NCBI GenBank assembly: GCA_963674755.2
Contig: CAXXVS010000002.1
Coordinates: 1,632,001-1,696,000, forward strand
Reading direction: 5' to 3'
Origin: Desulfobacterales bacterium
Lineage (GTDB): Bacteria; Desulfobacterota; Desulfobacteria; Desulfobacterales; UBA5852
DNA: 64,000 bases
Part shown: positions 10,800-20,727 of the stretch, piece by piece
Position numbering within the stretch: the first letter of the stretch is position 1
Layout: each line of letters begins with the position of its first letter
Notes under the pieces: generated by a model
Databases searched by the model: none
The model's input: the letters and a program-made list of their open reading frames with translations, nothing else
Told to the model about the DNA's origin: nothing
Translations under genes and position numbers: made by a program

Positions 10800-10907
10800 C
10801 TTTCCCCTTCCGGTGTGGTGTCGGTCATAGCGGGTAAGATAGGGCGGCAGGATCAAAAAGGAAAATTAATTGTTTTAATGATGCATTAGCCATGCTAATT
10901 TTTACAC

Positions 10908-11798
10908 ATGTTCGATTACAAACTCATCGAAGCCTTGGCCCTGGTGACCCGGGAAGGCGGTTTCGACAAGGCGGCCCGGGCCTTGCACATCACCCAGTCC
11001 GCGGTTTCCCAGCGTGTCAAATTGCTGGAGGAAATCACGGGCCAGGTCCTGCTGGCACGTACCACCCCGCCCCGGGCGACCAAGTCCGGCCAGAAACTTC
11101 TCAAGCACTATCTCCAGGTCAAGCGGCTGGAAGACGATTTGTTGGGAAAGATTGGCGGGTCTGCCAGCGAGGGATTTACGTCCATCGCGGTAGGGATCAA
11201 CGCCGACAGTCTGGCGCTGTGGCTTCTGGAGGCGATCCACCCCTTTTTGCAAGCGGAAAGGGTGCTGCTGGACATCCGGGTGAACGACCAGGAGCAAACC
11301 CATCGCCTGCTGAAGGATGGCGAGGTGATGGGGTGCATCAGCACCCAGAAGCTGGCCATGCAGGGCTGCCGGATCGACTATCTCGGATGCATGACCTACC
11401 GGATGATGGCGTCAGCGGAATTCACTGCCAAGTGGTTCCCGGATGGGCTTACACCCGAGGCGGTGCGCCTTGCCCCGGCTGTCATTTTCGATCGGCACGA
11501 TGAGCTGCATCACAAACTCCTCCGCCGGGCCCTTAGGGAAGCGCCCGGCGCCGTTCCGACCCACTACGTGCCCTCCGTCGAAAGATTCGCGGATTTCGTG
11601 GCGTTGGGCCTGGCCTACGGCATGCTGCCGGATCAGCAAAGCGCGCCCCTGGCGGCCGCCGGCCAATTGGTCGATCTTTCACCAGACCATCCGATTTCCG
11701 CAAAGCTCTATTGGCACTGCTGGAATTTAAAATCAGAGCTATTGGAAAAACTCACGACGCATCTGATTCGCAAGGCGGAGACATTGCTGCCAAAATAG
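10908..11798 (+). CDS. argP: LysR family regulator ArgP/LysG
   Basis: ITQSAVSQRVKLLE, INADSLALW, LYWHCWNL. Confidence 0.9.
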   Translation: MFDYKLIEALALVTREGGFDKAARALHITQSAVSQRVKLLEEITGQVLLARTTPPRATKSGQKLLKHYLQVKRLEDDLLGKIGGSASEGFTSIAVGINADSLALWLLEAIHPFLQAERVLLDIRVNDQEQTHRLLKDGEVMGCISTQKLAMQGCRIDYLGCMTYRMMASAEFTAKWFPDGLTPEAVRLAPAVIFDRHDELHHKLLRRALREAPGAVPTHYVPSVERFADFVALGLAYGMLPDQQSAPLAAAGQLVDLSPDHPISAKLYWHCWNLKSELLEKLTTHLIRKAETLLPK

Positions 11799-11850
11799 TC
11801 AATGGAGGGCGATCGCTAATTCGTTTGATTGGGCGTTAGGTTCAATCTTG

Positions 11851-12090
11851 CTATTCAAAAAAACTGCTGTATTCCAACCCCGGTCCAACACATTTCCAAC
11901 CATCATCGATCAATGAAAGCCCTGTCGATCTGAAACTGACGTCAGTCAGACGATTCACGATCGTAACATTCCCCTTCCGATCCAATTGGAAGGCAATCGC
12001 TTTGCCACTCTTGTGCAAGAGGACATAGTCATAGGCCCCTTTTTGAAAAAGTCTTTGTAAGCCCGCATTTTTAAAATCATCCCGGGTCAT
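11851..12090 (-). CDS. Small hypothetical protein
   Basis: 79-aa ORF of lower GC immediately outside the left terminal repeat of the Y1 element. Confidence 0.55.
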   Translation of the reverse strand: MTRDDFKNAGLQRLFQKGAYDYVLLHKSGKAIAFQLDRKGNVTIVNRLTDVSFRSTGLSLIDDGWKCVGPGLEYSSFFE

Positions 12091-12139
12091 CGTTAGATCG
12101 CACTTTCATGTAATGTGGGGACGTTGTTGACAAGCTACA

Positions 12140-13108
12140 CTAACTCGTCCGGTGGAGGATTTGAGAAATACCCGAGGTGGTGACACCCAATCGTCGGGCG
12201 GCCTCGGCACGCGTCAAGCCCAGTTGGTAAACCAATTGGGGTGCCAGATCCCGCCGCAGCTTTGGCAGCACGCCGATACGGCTTCCCGAACGAAGCGTTT
12301 CAATGCCAATGCCGGCTTTTGTGCAGGTCTCCTGGATAAGTTCGTCCGCTTGGGCGCTTGCTTGATTGAACGGCAACTGCCGCGCAGCGTGGACCGTCGC
12401 CTGGGTCACCAGTTCCTGGACAAAGCCGCTGCTGCCCAGGATGCGCTCATCCCCTTTCACCTTATCGCCCCTGCGCCGCAGGCTCTTGACCTCCGACCAG
12501 CCGCCCTGTGATCGCACAAGCCCTCCGCCGACAAGCTCCGGGCGCTGGCCCTGATCCTTCCCGCTGGCCACGAAACGGCGATAGGCCACACGGGCACGCT
12601 TTTCAGTCCGGCCGAACCACCGCAGCACCTCGTCGATCGCCTGCCACGGTCTTTGCCTTTTGCCCAGCACGGCGGCATGCCCGCACCAGGGATAGCGCTC
12701 CAGCGCGGCCAGATCCGCCACCGCTCCGGCCCGAAGCGGGTTAAGGTGGATGTAGCGCACCAGCTCTTTGAAATAGGGATCTTCTTCACACACGATGGAT
12801 TTGTAGCGGTTCTGGAATAAATGCCCGTGACGCCGGTGGCGCCGGTTGTAGCACACGGCATGCCCAGTCAAAAGCCGTCGCATGAACCCGGCAAGCCCGG
12901 CCGGACCACTTTTGACCAGCAGATGGGCATGGTTATTCATCAAGGCCCAGGCGCAGACCGCGGTGCGGGTTTCCGAAGCCAGATCGCCAAGGCGATCCAC
13001 GAATCGTTCCCGATCCTGATCGTCATCCACGATGCGACGTCTTTCGATACCGCGGACAATAACATGATGAAGGGTTCCGGGGGCGTCAAGGCGTGGTCCT
13101 CGGGGCAT
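12140..13108 (-). CDS. Y1 HUH transposase (RAYT/TnpA-REP-like) with C-terminal HTH
   Basis: MPRGPRLDAPG..HHVIVRG, HUH motif NHAHLL, GHLFQNRYKS, catalytic Tyr in YIHLNP, C-terminal AEAARRLGVTTSGIS. Confidence 0.92.
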   Translation of the reverse strand: MPRGPRLDAPGTLHHVIVRGIERRRIVDDDQDRERFVDRLGDLASETRTAVCAWALMNNHAHLLVKSGPAGLAGFMRRLLTGHAVCYNRRHRRHGHLFQNRYKSIVCEEDPYFKELVRYIHLNPLRAGAVADLAALERYPWCGHAAVLGKRQRPWQAIDEVLRWFGRTEKRARVAYRRFVASGKDQGQRPELVGGGLVRSQGGWSEVKSLRRRGDKVKGDERILGSSGFVQELVTQATVHAARQLPFNQASAQADELIQETCTKAGIGIETLRSGSRIGVLPKLRRDLAPQLVYQLGLTRAEAARRLGVTTSGISQILHRTS

Positions 13109-13146
13109 GGTTGACTCCTGATAGGCTAAAATAAGGCAACAGCTCG

Positions 13147-13175
13147 ATGCTAAACTATTTTGTGCACTTTGTCAA
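13147..13175 (-). promoter_or_regulatory. Sigma70-type promoter of the transposase, -35 inside the terminal repeat
   Basis: Minus strand TTGACA-17 nt-TAGCAT. Confidence 0.6.
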
Positions 13176-13502
13176 CAACGTCCCCTATTTACCTTATCGC
13201 AATCTCGGGTTGTATCTGATTTCAGACTTGCGTTATGGTGGCCTCCAACAAAGTATGGATGACATGGTCCGCCCTGCTTTAGCCATGCCGCAAGTTGAAA
13301 TTTCAGCCTCATCATCATTGGCGCGCCACCTGACGCGCCCTGGCCCGTTTCGCGACCATCGTCAGGTGGATGACCGGTGCGCATCGACCACGTGCCGGGC
13401 CTGCCGGAATCGGATGGTGCCGGGGGGAACACGGCTGCCTGAGGTGAGCGAATCAGGCGTTTACATCTACTGCGACGACGACTGGCACCCGAGGTTGGCA
13501 TC

Positions 13503-14867
13503 ATGACCGTTGGCGGGCGACTCCTTAAATTCCATCCGGCAACCCTCGTTCTCACCAGCTTTGTGCTGGTGATCGCCATCGGAACACTCTTGTTGAAATT
13601 GCCGGTTGCGACCCATACCGGCCATATCTCATGGAGTGATGCCCTGTTTACATCCACTTCGGGCGTTTGTGTGACGGGTTTGGCCGTGGTGGACACCGGG
13701 AGCACCTTCACCCTCTTCGGCCAGTGCGTCCTCCTGGCCTTGATCCAGATCGGGGGGCTGGGGCTCATGACCATTTCGGTGACCCTCTTCACGTGGGTGG
13801 GCCGCAGCATTTCCATCCGGCACCGGATGGTCATGCAGGACCTCTTCGCGCACACGCCCCGTGCGGATATCTACAGCCTCGTCAAAAGTATCGTGCTGTT
13901 TACAGCCACAGCGGAGATCGCCGGCGGCTTGGTGCTGACCCTGTTCTGGCACCGTGAAATGCCCTGGGGGCAGGCCGCCTACAACGGAATTTTCCATTCG
14001 GTTTCGGCCTTCTGCAATGCCGGTTTCGCCCTCTTTCCGGACAGCATGATGCGCTACAGCGGGGATCTGCTGCTCAACATCACCATGTGCAGCCTGATCG
14101 TGATCGGCGGGATCGGCTTCCCGGTGCTCTACGACCTGCAGTGCTGGGTCAAATTCCGCAAGCGACAGCGCTGCCGCCTGTCGGTCCAGACGAAAACCGT
14201 CCTGCTGACGACCGCCATCCTCATCGTGGGCGGCGCGGTCTTGTTTTCCCTGCTCGAGCAATTCCCGGCCGGCGACGGGTCCTCCCTCGGCCATCGCCTG
14301 ATGGTACCGCTGTTCCAATCCGTCACCTGCCGGACGGCCGGCTTCAACACGGTCGATATCGCCGGATTGAAAGACGCCACCCTGGCCATGATGATCTTCC
14401 TCATGTTCGTGGGCGCTTCGCCCGGCTCGTGCGGCGGCGGGGTCAAGACCACCACGTTGGCGCTTCTGGCGGCCTTTACCGCCAGCCGTTGGCGCCGTCG
14501 GCGGCGGGTGGATCTGTTCAAGAAAAGCATCCCCCAGGAAACCGTCATCCGCAGCGTGGCCCTCGTTCTGGTCACGATCGGCATTATCGCGCTGGTCTTG
14601 TTCCTGTTGCTGGCCGGGAATGCGGAGCTGCCGTCCCACCAAGCCCGAGGGGTTTTTCTGCCCTTGTTGTTTGAAACCGTGTCCGCTTTCGGGACCGTGG
14701 GGCTGTCCATGGGGGTCACCCCGCAACTGGGCCTTTGGGGCAAGTGCTGGATCATGGCGGTGATGCTGATCGGCCGCGTGGGGGTGCTGACGTTCGCCTA
14801 TATTTTCGTCGGCGCCGGCATGGTCGACGGCATCGAGCACGCCGAAGAAAACCTGATGATCGGATAG
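13503..14867 (+). CDS. ktrB: TrkH/KtrB potassium uptake membrane protein
   Basis: FTSTSGVCVTGL, SAFCNAGF, RTAGFN, SAFGTVGLSMG filter motifs. Confidence 0.92.
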   Translation: MTVGGRLLKFHPATLVLTSFVLVIAIGTLLLKLPVATHTGHISWSDALFTSTSGVCVTGLAVVDTGSTFTLFGQCVLLALIQIGGLGLMTISVTLFTWVGRSISIRHRMVMQDLFAHTPRADIYSLVKSIVLFTATAEIAGGLVLTLFWHREMPWGQAAYNGIFHSVSAFCNAGFALFPDSMMRYSGDLLLNITMCSLIVIGGIGFPVLYDLQCWVKFRKRQRCRLSVQTKTVLLTTAILIVGGAVLFSLLEQFPAGDGSSLGHRLMVPLFQSVTCRTAGFNTVDIAGLKDATLAMMIFLMFVGASPGSCGGGVKTTTLALLAAFTASRWRRRRRVDLFKKSIPQETVIRSVALVLVTIGIIALVLFLLLAGNAELPSHQARGVFLPLLFETVSAFGTVGLSMGVTPQLGLWGKCWIMAVMLIGRVGVLTFAYIFVGAGMVDGIEHAEENLMIG

Positions 14868-14880
14868 AAGGAGCTCCACC

Positions 14881-15537
14881 ATGAAGCGATTTGCAGTGAT
14901 CGGACTTGGCAAATTCGGGTTCCATGCCGCCAAGGCCTTGTATGAGGAAGACAATGAAGTGCTGGCGATCGACAACGACAAGGGACGGGTGCAGGCGATC
15001 GATCCCCACTGTTCGGAGGCCATCGTTCTCAATGCGACGGACAAGGAATCACTGAAGGCTCTGGGGCTGGAAAATTTGGACGGGGTGATTGTTTCCACCG
15101 GCACGAACATCGGTATCAGTGTCTTGATCTGTCTGTATCTGCAGGAGATCGGCGTCCGTAAGATTCTTGCCAAGGCCCTGGACGAAGATCACGCCAAGAT
15201 CTTGAAACGCGTCGGCGCCAGCGAGATCATTCACCCGGAGCGCGACATGGCGGTGCGAATCTCTCGCGGCCTGTCGCGGCCCAATGTCCTGGATTTCATC
15301 CCCCTGGCCGACGAGTACGATTTGATCCAGGTCGGCCCGCCGAGTGAATTTACCGGAAAAAGTCTGAAGGACCTCAATTTGAGGGCCAAGTACAATGTCC
15401 ACGTCATTGCCATAAAAGAACTCGTTCCCGAGAATTTCGTTTTGATACCGCCGGCCAGCTTTGTCATAAAGGACAGCGATATTCTGGTCATGCTCGGCAA
15501 ATCAGAGGATATCAAACGGATAAAAGCGTTGAAATAA
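14881..15537 (+). CDS. ktrA: TrkA/KtrA RCK-domain potassium uptake subunit
   Basis: VIGLGKFG Rossmann motif, IIHPERDMA, C-terminal TrkA_C. Confidence 0.92.
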   Translation: MKRFAVIGLGKFGFHAAKALYEEDNEVLAIDNDKGRVQAIDPHCSEAIVLNATDKESLKALGLENLDGVIVSTGTNIGISVLICLYLQEIGVRKILAKALDEDHAKILKRVGASEIIHPERDMAVRISRGLSRPNVLDFIPLADEYDLIQVGPPSEFTGKSLKDLNLRAKYNVHVIAIKELVPENFVLIPPASFVIKDSDILVMLGKSEDIKRIKALK

Positions 15538-15564
15538 ATCGATACGATTTCTCATCGTGTTGAA

Positions 15565-15780
15565 TCCGAAGCCAGATTGCCAAAGCGATCCAGGAATCGT
15601 TCCCGATCCTGATCGTCATCCACGATGCGACGTCTTTCGATACCGCGGACAATAACGTGATGAAGGGTTCCGGGGGGGGTCCAGGCGAGGTCCTCGGGAC
15701 ATTGTTGACTCCTGATAGGCTAAAAATATGGCAACAACTCAACGCCAAATGTTTTTGTGCACTTTGTCAACAACGTCCCC
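15565..15780 (-). mobile_element. One-ended derivative: right end plus first ~45 codons of the Y1 transposase
   Basis: Aligns by eye with 12972-13185; ends TTGTCAACAACGTCCCC. Confidence 0.88.
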
Positions 15781-15926
15781 ATCTATCCCCAAGCGGCGAT
15801 GATGACCCATTGTTTTGTCGGCATTTCATATCCTCCATGTAGTGTTGTCAGAATCCTTGCCTGCCAATGGGTATCGGAACGGGTAGAAAAGGTTCAGAAG
15901 GCGTCGAGATCGTCTTCACTTAAAGT

Positions 15927-16183
15927 GGGGACGTTGTTGACAAGCTACACTAACTCGTCCGGTGGAGGATTTGAGAAATGCCCGAGGTGGTGACGCCCAA
16001 TCGGCGGGCGGCCTCGGCACGCGTCAGGCCCAGTTGGTAAACCAAACGGGGTGCCAATTCCCGCCGCAGCTTTGGCAGCAAACCGATACGGCTTCCCGAA
16101 CGAAGCGCTTCAATGCTAATGCCGGCTTTAGTGCAGGTCTCCTGGATAAGTTCGTCCGCTTTGGTGCTTGCTTGATTGAACGG
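15927..16183 (-). mobile_element. One-ended derivative: left end plus last ~78 codons of the Y1 transposase
   Basis: GGGGACGTTGTTGACAAGCTACACTAACTCGTCC matches 12117 onward; similarity stops after GATTGAACGG. Confidence 0.9.
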
Positions 16184-16205
16184 TTAATTTCTCCCTTTTA
16201 CAGAA

Positions 16206-17006
16206 TCAAAGCCCGGCCGTGGAGCCGAAGTCGATGTTCAGGCAGGCGCCTGTAATCGGAGCCGCCTGGTTCGTGGTCAGGTAGAAAATCAGCCCCGCGA
16301 CTTCGTCCGGTTCGATAAAACGCGCCTTCTCGCCCTGTGGATAGCGTTCCAGAAGCGCCCTCAAATAGCCTTCCGGGTCGCCGTTTCCGTAGGTATCCGC
16401 CTGGTATTGCAGCATGGGACTCATGATGTCGCCGGGACAAACCGCATTGACGTTGATCATGTCCGGGGCCAGTTCGATGGACAGGGCCTTGGTCATGAGA
16501 GAGACGCCCCCTTTGCTGGCGCAATAAATAGCCGCGCCGACATCGCCCAGCACCCCTGCGTCCGAACTGAGATTCACGATGCTCCCCCGGGTCTTCCTCA
16601 GCTCGGGAATGGCACGGGAACACATGAAATATGCCCCCTTGAGGTTGACATCGATACACCAGTCCCATTCCTCTTCGGTGCTCTTTTCGCTGGCACCTTC
16701 CACCCATACACCGGCCGCGTTGATCAGGATGTCCAGACCTCCGAAGACGCTCACGGTTTCGCGGATGGTCGCTTCGCAATCACCGACCTTGGTGATGTCG
16801 CAGATGCAGGTATATAATCTCTCCCCCAGGGGCGCCAAATCGGAAACGACCTGGGCCAGGCGATCCCCGTTGATGTCGGCCAGCACGACCCCGGCCCCTT
16901 CGATCAGGTAGCGGCGGGCGGTGGCCACGGCCACGCCACCACATCCGCCGGTAATCAGCACGACCTTTTCCTGCCAGTGATCTTTTTCAATCATGACAAC
17001 TCCCAC
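16206..17006 (-). CDS. SDR family oxidoreductase
   Basis: TGGCGGVA, NAAG, YCASK. Confidence 0.9.
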   Translation of the reverse strand: MGVVMIEKDHWQEKVVLITGGCGGVAVATARRYLIEGAGVVLADINGDRLAQVVSDLAPLGERLYTCICDITKVGDCEATIRETVSVFGGLDILINAAGVWVEGASEKSTEEEWDWCIDVNLKGAYFMCSRAIPELRKTRGSIVNLSSDAGVLGDVGAAIYCASKGGVSLMTKALSIELAPDMINVNAVCPGDIMSPMLQYQADTYGNGDPEGYLRALLERYPQGEKARFIEPDEVAGLIFYLTTNQAAPITGACLNIDFGSTAGL

Positions 17007-17017
17007 CGGTCTCCCGC

Positions 17018-17812
17018 TTAATAGTAAAGTTCACGCGGGCCCTTGTATTCCTGAATGGAATTGCCCCCGTCGATGACGATCATTTGTCCCGTAATGTAGG
17101 TGGATTCGTCTGAAGCGAGAAAACCGATCAGGTCGGCAACCTCCATCGGTGTGCCGCCACGCTTCATGGGGGTGTTTATCGCCGCGGCCTTCTCCTCTTC
17201 GGTAGCGGCGTCCGTTGCGATCCAGCCCGGGGCCACGTTGTTGACCGTGATGCCGAACTCCGCCACTTCGAGGGCCAGACTGCGGCTCATGCCGACCATG
17301 GCGGCTTTGGCGGCGCTGTAGGCGGCCTCCCCGGGGTTGCTCACCAGCGGGCCGGTGACCGATGCGACATTGACGATACGTCCGAACCGGTTGGTGATCA
17401 TGATGGGCAAAACAGCCCTGGTTATGTTGAAGCAGGTGTTAAGGTTGCGGTCGATCGACTTGTCCCATTCCTGCCAGCTCAGGCTGGCCATGCGGGTGAA
17501 GGTCTCCGGTTCACCCACTTGTCCCATACCGGCATTGTTCACCAGGATGTCCACGCGGCCCAGATCGTCGAGGGCGCTCTCCGCCAGAGCTTTGACCTGA
17601 TGACGGTCCGTGAGGTCGGCCACATAGGCGTATGCGCGGATGCCGGTCTCCTTGAGGGCCCGGGCGCGGTCAAAGATGCGATCGGTGGTTGAGGTGATGG
17701 CAACGGCTGCTCCTGAAGCCCCCAGCAACCTGGCCGTAGCGAACCCGATCCCATTCGGGTTGCCGCAACCGGTGATCAGGGCCGAGCGGTTATCGAATCG
17801 CTTTTTGTCCAT
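17018..17812 (-). CDS. SDR family oxidoreductase (FabG-like)
   Basis: TGCGNPNGIG, NNAG, YSAAK. Confidence 0.9.
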   Translation of the reverse strand: MDKKRFDNRSALITGCGNPNGIGFATARLLGASGAAVAITSTTDRIFDRARALKETGIRAYAYVADLTDRHQVKALAESALDDLGRVDILVNNAGMGQVGEPETFTRMASLSWQEWDKSIDRNLNTCFNITRAVLPIMITNRFGRIVNVASVTGPLVSNPGEAAYSAAKAAMVGMSRSLALEVAEFGITVNNVAPGWIATDAATEEEKAAAINTPMKRGGTPMEVADLIGFLASDESTYITGQMIVIDGGNSIQEYKGPRELYY

Positions 17813-17826
17813 GACACTCCCTTAAA

Positions 17827-18055
17827 TAGTGCCCATCCAGAGGTGGTAGATTTTGGTTCCGGCCAAGGCCGTAGCGATTTGGAAACCGACGGCATAGCCG
17901 TATGAGCGGCAGCGGCGCGTAGCCCGGCTACGTCGAGGATTTCCAAAGAGCGAGAACGCCGGCTTGTCCGCTAAAGGTGTTATTATCCCTATTCGGGGGC
18001 TCGGCTCACCGGCGGCGGGCCAGGGCCGAAAGATGCCATTTATGGACGGGCACTA
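17827..18055. repeat. Palindrome-bounded intergenic element (REP/MITE-like)
   Basis: TAGTGCCCATCCA...TGGACGGGCACTA terminal inverted repeat with internal hairpins. Confidence 0.65.
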
Positions 18056-18060
18056 AATAT

Positions 18061-19446
18061 CTAATCGTTGGCCAGTGCGGCCATCTCTTCCATAAGCGCA
18101 TCCCAATGCATCAATAGGATGTCAATGTCCTCATCCGTAGCCATGGGCGGCACCAGCATCATGTTGTGGAAAGGCGTTATCAGCAGGCCCCGGTTGGCGA
18201 GAAAGAGATGGGTGTAGTAGATCAGATCCCAGTGGAAGTTCGCCTTGGCTTCCCCGCCATTGACGGGGGACGTCGGCATGAACTGAAGCTCGGCGCGGGC
18301 GCCGCAGCGGGTGACACTCCATGGCAGACGGTATTTGTCGATGGAGGCCTCCAGTCCGTCCGCCATCCGGTTGGCCGCTGCGATCATGCGGTCAAATGCC
18401 GGCGGGGTCGCCACCTCCTCCAAGGTTCGTCGCATGGCGTGAACGGCAAAGGCGTTGCCGGACAGCGTTCCGCCGATCCCCATCGGGTCGGCGACCCCCT
18501 TGTGGCCGAAGGAGGCGTTGATGCGCTCTTTGATGTCCTCCGTAAACCCATATGCGGCAACCGGAATCCCGCCGGCAATGCACTTGCCCAAGGTCACAAA
18601 ATCCGGTTTAAGGCCGAATGCCCTGGTATACCCTCCCCAACCGGTGGAAAAGGTGTGGGTCTCATCGATGACCAGCAACGTGCCGTATTGGTCGCACAGT
18701 TCGCGCAACCGGTCGTGATAGCCCGGAGCGGGCAGGACCATACCGCAGTTCGTCATGACCGGTTCGGCCACGACGCAGGCCACATCTTCATATTGCAATT
18801 CGCGCTCCAGGGCCGCAAGGTCATTGAACTCTACCATTCTTGTCAGCGCGTCTTTAGGGACGGCCGGATTGATGTCGTACTCGGAGCGGAGGGTGAGAGA
18901 ACCGTCGCCGGCAATGTGCGGCAGGGTTTCTTCCACACTGCCGTGATAACATTCGTTGAACGCCAGCGTCTTCGGCCGGCCGGTGAGCACCCGCGCAATT
19001 CGGATGACATAGCGGTTGGCCTCGGTGGCTGTCATGGCCACCTGCCAGTAGGGAACGCCGAAGCGCGCCGCCAGATCGCGGCCGACAGCCAAAGCATCCT
19101 CACTTGGGAGCATGGTCGTGATACCCCGGCGGACCTGTTCGGTTACCGCCTGAACGGTAGGCTCCGGTGAATGGCCGAACATGGCGCCCGTGTCACCCAG
19201 ACAAAAATCAATATATTCGTTGCCGTCCACGTCGATCACGCGGTTTCCGGAAGCCCGTTCGACGAATAGGGGGTAGCGCGTTCCCCAGTCGCCCATCCAC
19301 GGCATGGGAACCCCGTTGAGCAGCATCGTTTGCGCTTCTTTAAACAGCCGACCGGAGTTGGGGGTCCGGGATTCGTAGACGGCAGTCTCGCGATCGTTCA
19401 ACGCTGCCAGTGATTGACCGGTGATGACCCTGTAGGAACTGCGCAT
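18061..19446 (-). CDS. Class III PLP aminotransferase (glutamate-1-semialdehyde aminomutase-like fold)
   Basis: DVDGNEYIDFCLG, IDETHT, TLGKCIAGG, GGTLSGN; GGAGG RBS supports start at 19446. Confidence 0.88.
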   Translation of the reverse strand: MRSSYRVITGQSLAALNDRETAVYESRTPNSGRLFKEAQTMLLNGVPMPWMGDWGTRYPLFVERASGNRVIDVDGNEYIDFCLGDTGAMFGHSPEPTVQAVTEQVRRGITTMLPSEDALAVGRDLAARFGVPYWQVAMTATEANRYVIRIARVLTGRPKTLAFNECYHGSVEETLPHIAGDGSLTLRSEYDINPAVPKDALTRMVEFNDLAALERELQYEDVACVVAEPVMTNCGMVLPAPGYHDRLRELCDQYGTLLVIDETHTFSTGWGGYTRAFGLKPDFVTLGKCIAGGIPVAAYGFTEDIKERINASFGHKGVADPMGIGGTLSGNAFAVHAMRRTLEEVATPPAFDRMIAAANRMADGLEASIDKYRLPWSVTRCGARAELQFMPTSPVNGGEAKANFHWDLIYYTHLFLANRGLLITPFHNMMLVPPMATDEDIDILLMHWDALMEEMAALAND

Positions 19447-19492
19447 GTCGATGCCTCCGATAGACATGGTTATGGATGATGACCCTATTTGG

Positions 19493-19547
19493 CTGAACGC
19501 ACGTTCAGTATAAACTTGGCTATACGTGCGTTCAGTGATATTGTCAA
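19493..19547 (-). promoter_or_regulatory. Promoter of the aminotransferase operon overlapped by two TetR-type operators
   Basis: TTGACA-17-TATAGC on minus strand; palindrome CTGAACG-CA-CGTTCAG at 19493-19508 and half-conserved copy at 19520-19535. Confidence 0.7.
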
Positions 19548-19612
19548 GTTCCGGCGACCGAATCAAACGCACGGTGGCGACGGTATTATGTTTGATCCAC
19601 TAATCCAGGAAA

Positions 19613-20251
19613 ATGGCCATGGCCGCTGATGACCTCAAACCCAATCTGACAAGAGCGGAACAGAAGAAAGAAACCCGGGGAAAACTGATTGAAGCGACCC
19701 TGGATATCATCGCCGAGGGGGGACTGGCCGAGGTGACCCTGCCGAAAGTGGCCAAACGTGCCGGTTTGTCACGCGGCATCTCCAACTTTCACTTTGTTTC
19801 AAAGGACAATCTCCTGCTTGAAACGCTTAAAACGGTTCATTCTGAGTTGGACCGCGTGTGGCGCCACCATCTCATCGAATCGGATCTTCCTCCCGCCGAC
19901 CAGTTGAAGGGCTTTCTTAACGTTGTTTTCAAACCTCCCGTCGCTGACTTGAAAAAGATCTCGGTCTGGCTCGCCTACTGGGGGGAAACCGCTTATCGCA
20001 AGCGGTATCTGGAATCGTTCACCGCCAAAGACCGGGAATACGAAGAGGCCATCGAGGGGCTGATGGCCAGGCTGGCGGGCACCAAGACGACTGTGGGCGG
20101 TATGCCGATCCGCGCCATTGCCGTGGCGCTTACGGCGATAATAGATGGCTGCTGGCTGCAATTCCTCATTGCGCCGGGGCGGCTTGGCGCCGATGAAGCG
20201 ATGAACGCCTGCTGCTCTTATCTGTCACGATTTTTCCAGGAATTCAGGTGA
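19613..20251 (+). CDS. TetR family regulator (BetI-like C-terminus)
   Basis: VAKRAGLSRGISNFHF HTH; LTAIIDGCWL. Confidence 0.9.
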   Translation: MAMAADDLKPNLTRAEQKKETRGKLIEATLDIIAEGGLAEVTLPKVAKRAGLSRGISNFHFVSKDNLLLETLKTVHSELDRVWRHHLIESDLPPADQLKGFLNVVFKPPVADLKKISVWLAYWGETAYRKRYLESFTAKDREYEEAIEGLMARLAGTKTTVGGMPIRAIAVALTAIIDGCWLQFLIAPGRLGADEAMNACCSYLSRFFQEFR

Positions 20252-20314
20252 TACGAACCCATATGGCAGTTGGTTAGAAAAGCATAAAAACATCGAATGT
20301 CCCTACACTACTCC

Positions 20315-20440
20315 CATGATGAAGGGTTCCAGGGGCGTCAAGGCGTGGGCCTCGGGGCATGGTTGGCTCCTGATGATAGGCCAATTTATTGAATTGGCTC
20401 TACGCAATGCAGGTTTGTGCACTTTGTCAACAACGTCCCC
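20315..20440 (-). mobile_element. One-ended derivative: right end plus first ~15 codons of the Y1 transposase
   Basis: CATGATGAAGGGTTCC..CTCGGGGCAT...TTGTCAACAACGTCCCC. Confidence 0.85.
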
Positions 20441-20676
20441 ATCTTTCCGCCCGTTTTCGATAATACAGTATATTAATGCATTCATAGCTAAGCATGTTAT
20501 AGAATTTTTAAGTAGGTGTTTAAACCTATCCTTTTGCAAAGTTTATAAGTTTAGGGCGTTTCCTTGTTATCATTAATTGGATTCATTTGGAAAAATTTGT
20601 CTGTTAAGTGTTGGGATCTGACACCGTTCCTTTTTACACAATTAAGTTAATAAGTTCAGGGCGTCCCCTTGATGTC

Positions 20677-20727
20677 CCCGGCAGGGACTTACACCCTGCA
20701 AGATGCGCCGAGCTTTGCTCGGCGCGA
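20677..20727 (-). mobile_element. Probable 5' fragment of a group IIC intron
   Basis: Minus strand TCGCGCCGAGCAAAGCTCGGCGCATCTTGCAGGGTGTAAGTCCCTGCCGGG resembles, from memory, the 5' end of class C group II introns; follows CGTTA. Confidence 0.5.

Larger units (their letters stand above)
12117..13185 (-). mobile_element. 1069-bp element: Y1/HUH transposase flanked by perfect 17-bp terminal inverted repeats
   Basis: GGGGACGTTGTTGACAA at 12117-12133 and TTGTCAACAACGTCCCC at 13169-13185; no target duplication seen. Confidence 0.85.

Noticed and set aside
11810..12100. attC-like RYYTAAC motifs around the small gene 11851-12090
   Set aside because: Only half-sites seen; no matching GTTRRRY or L boxes
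19447..19572. Extended N-terminus of the aminotransferase in the ORF track
   Set aside because: Overlaps the promoter and operators; a good RBS precedes 19446
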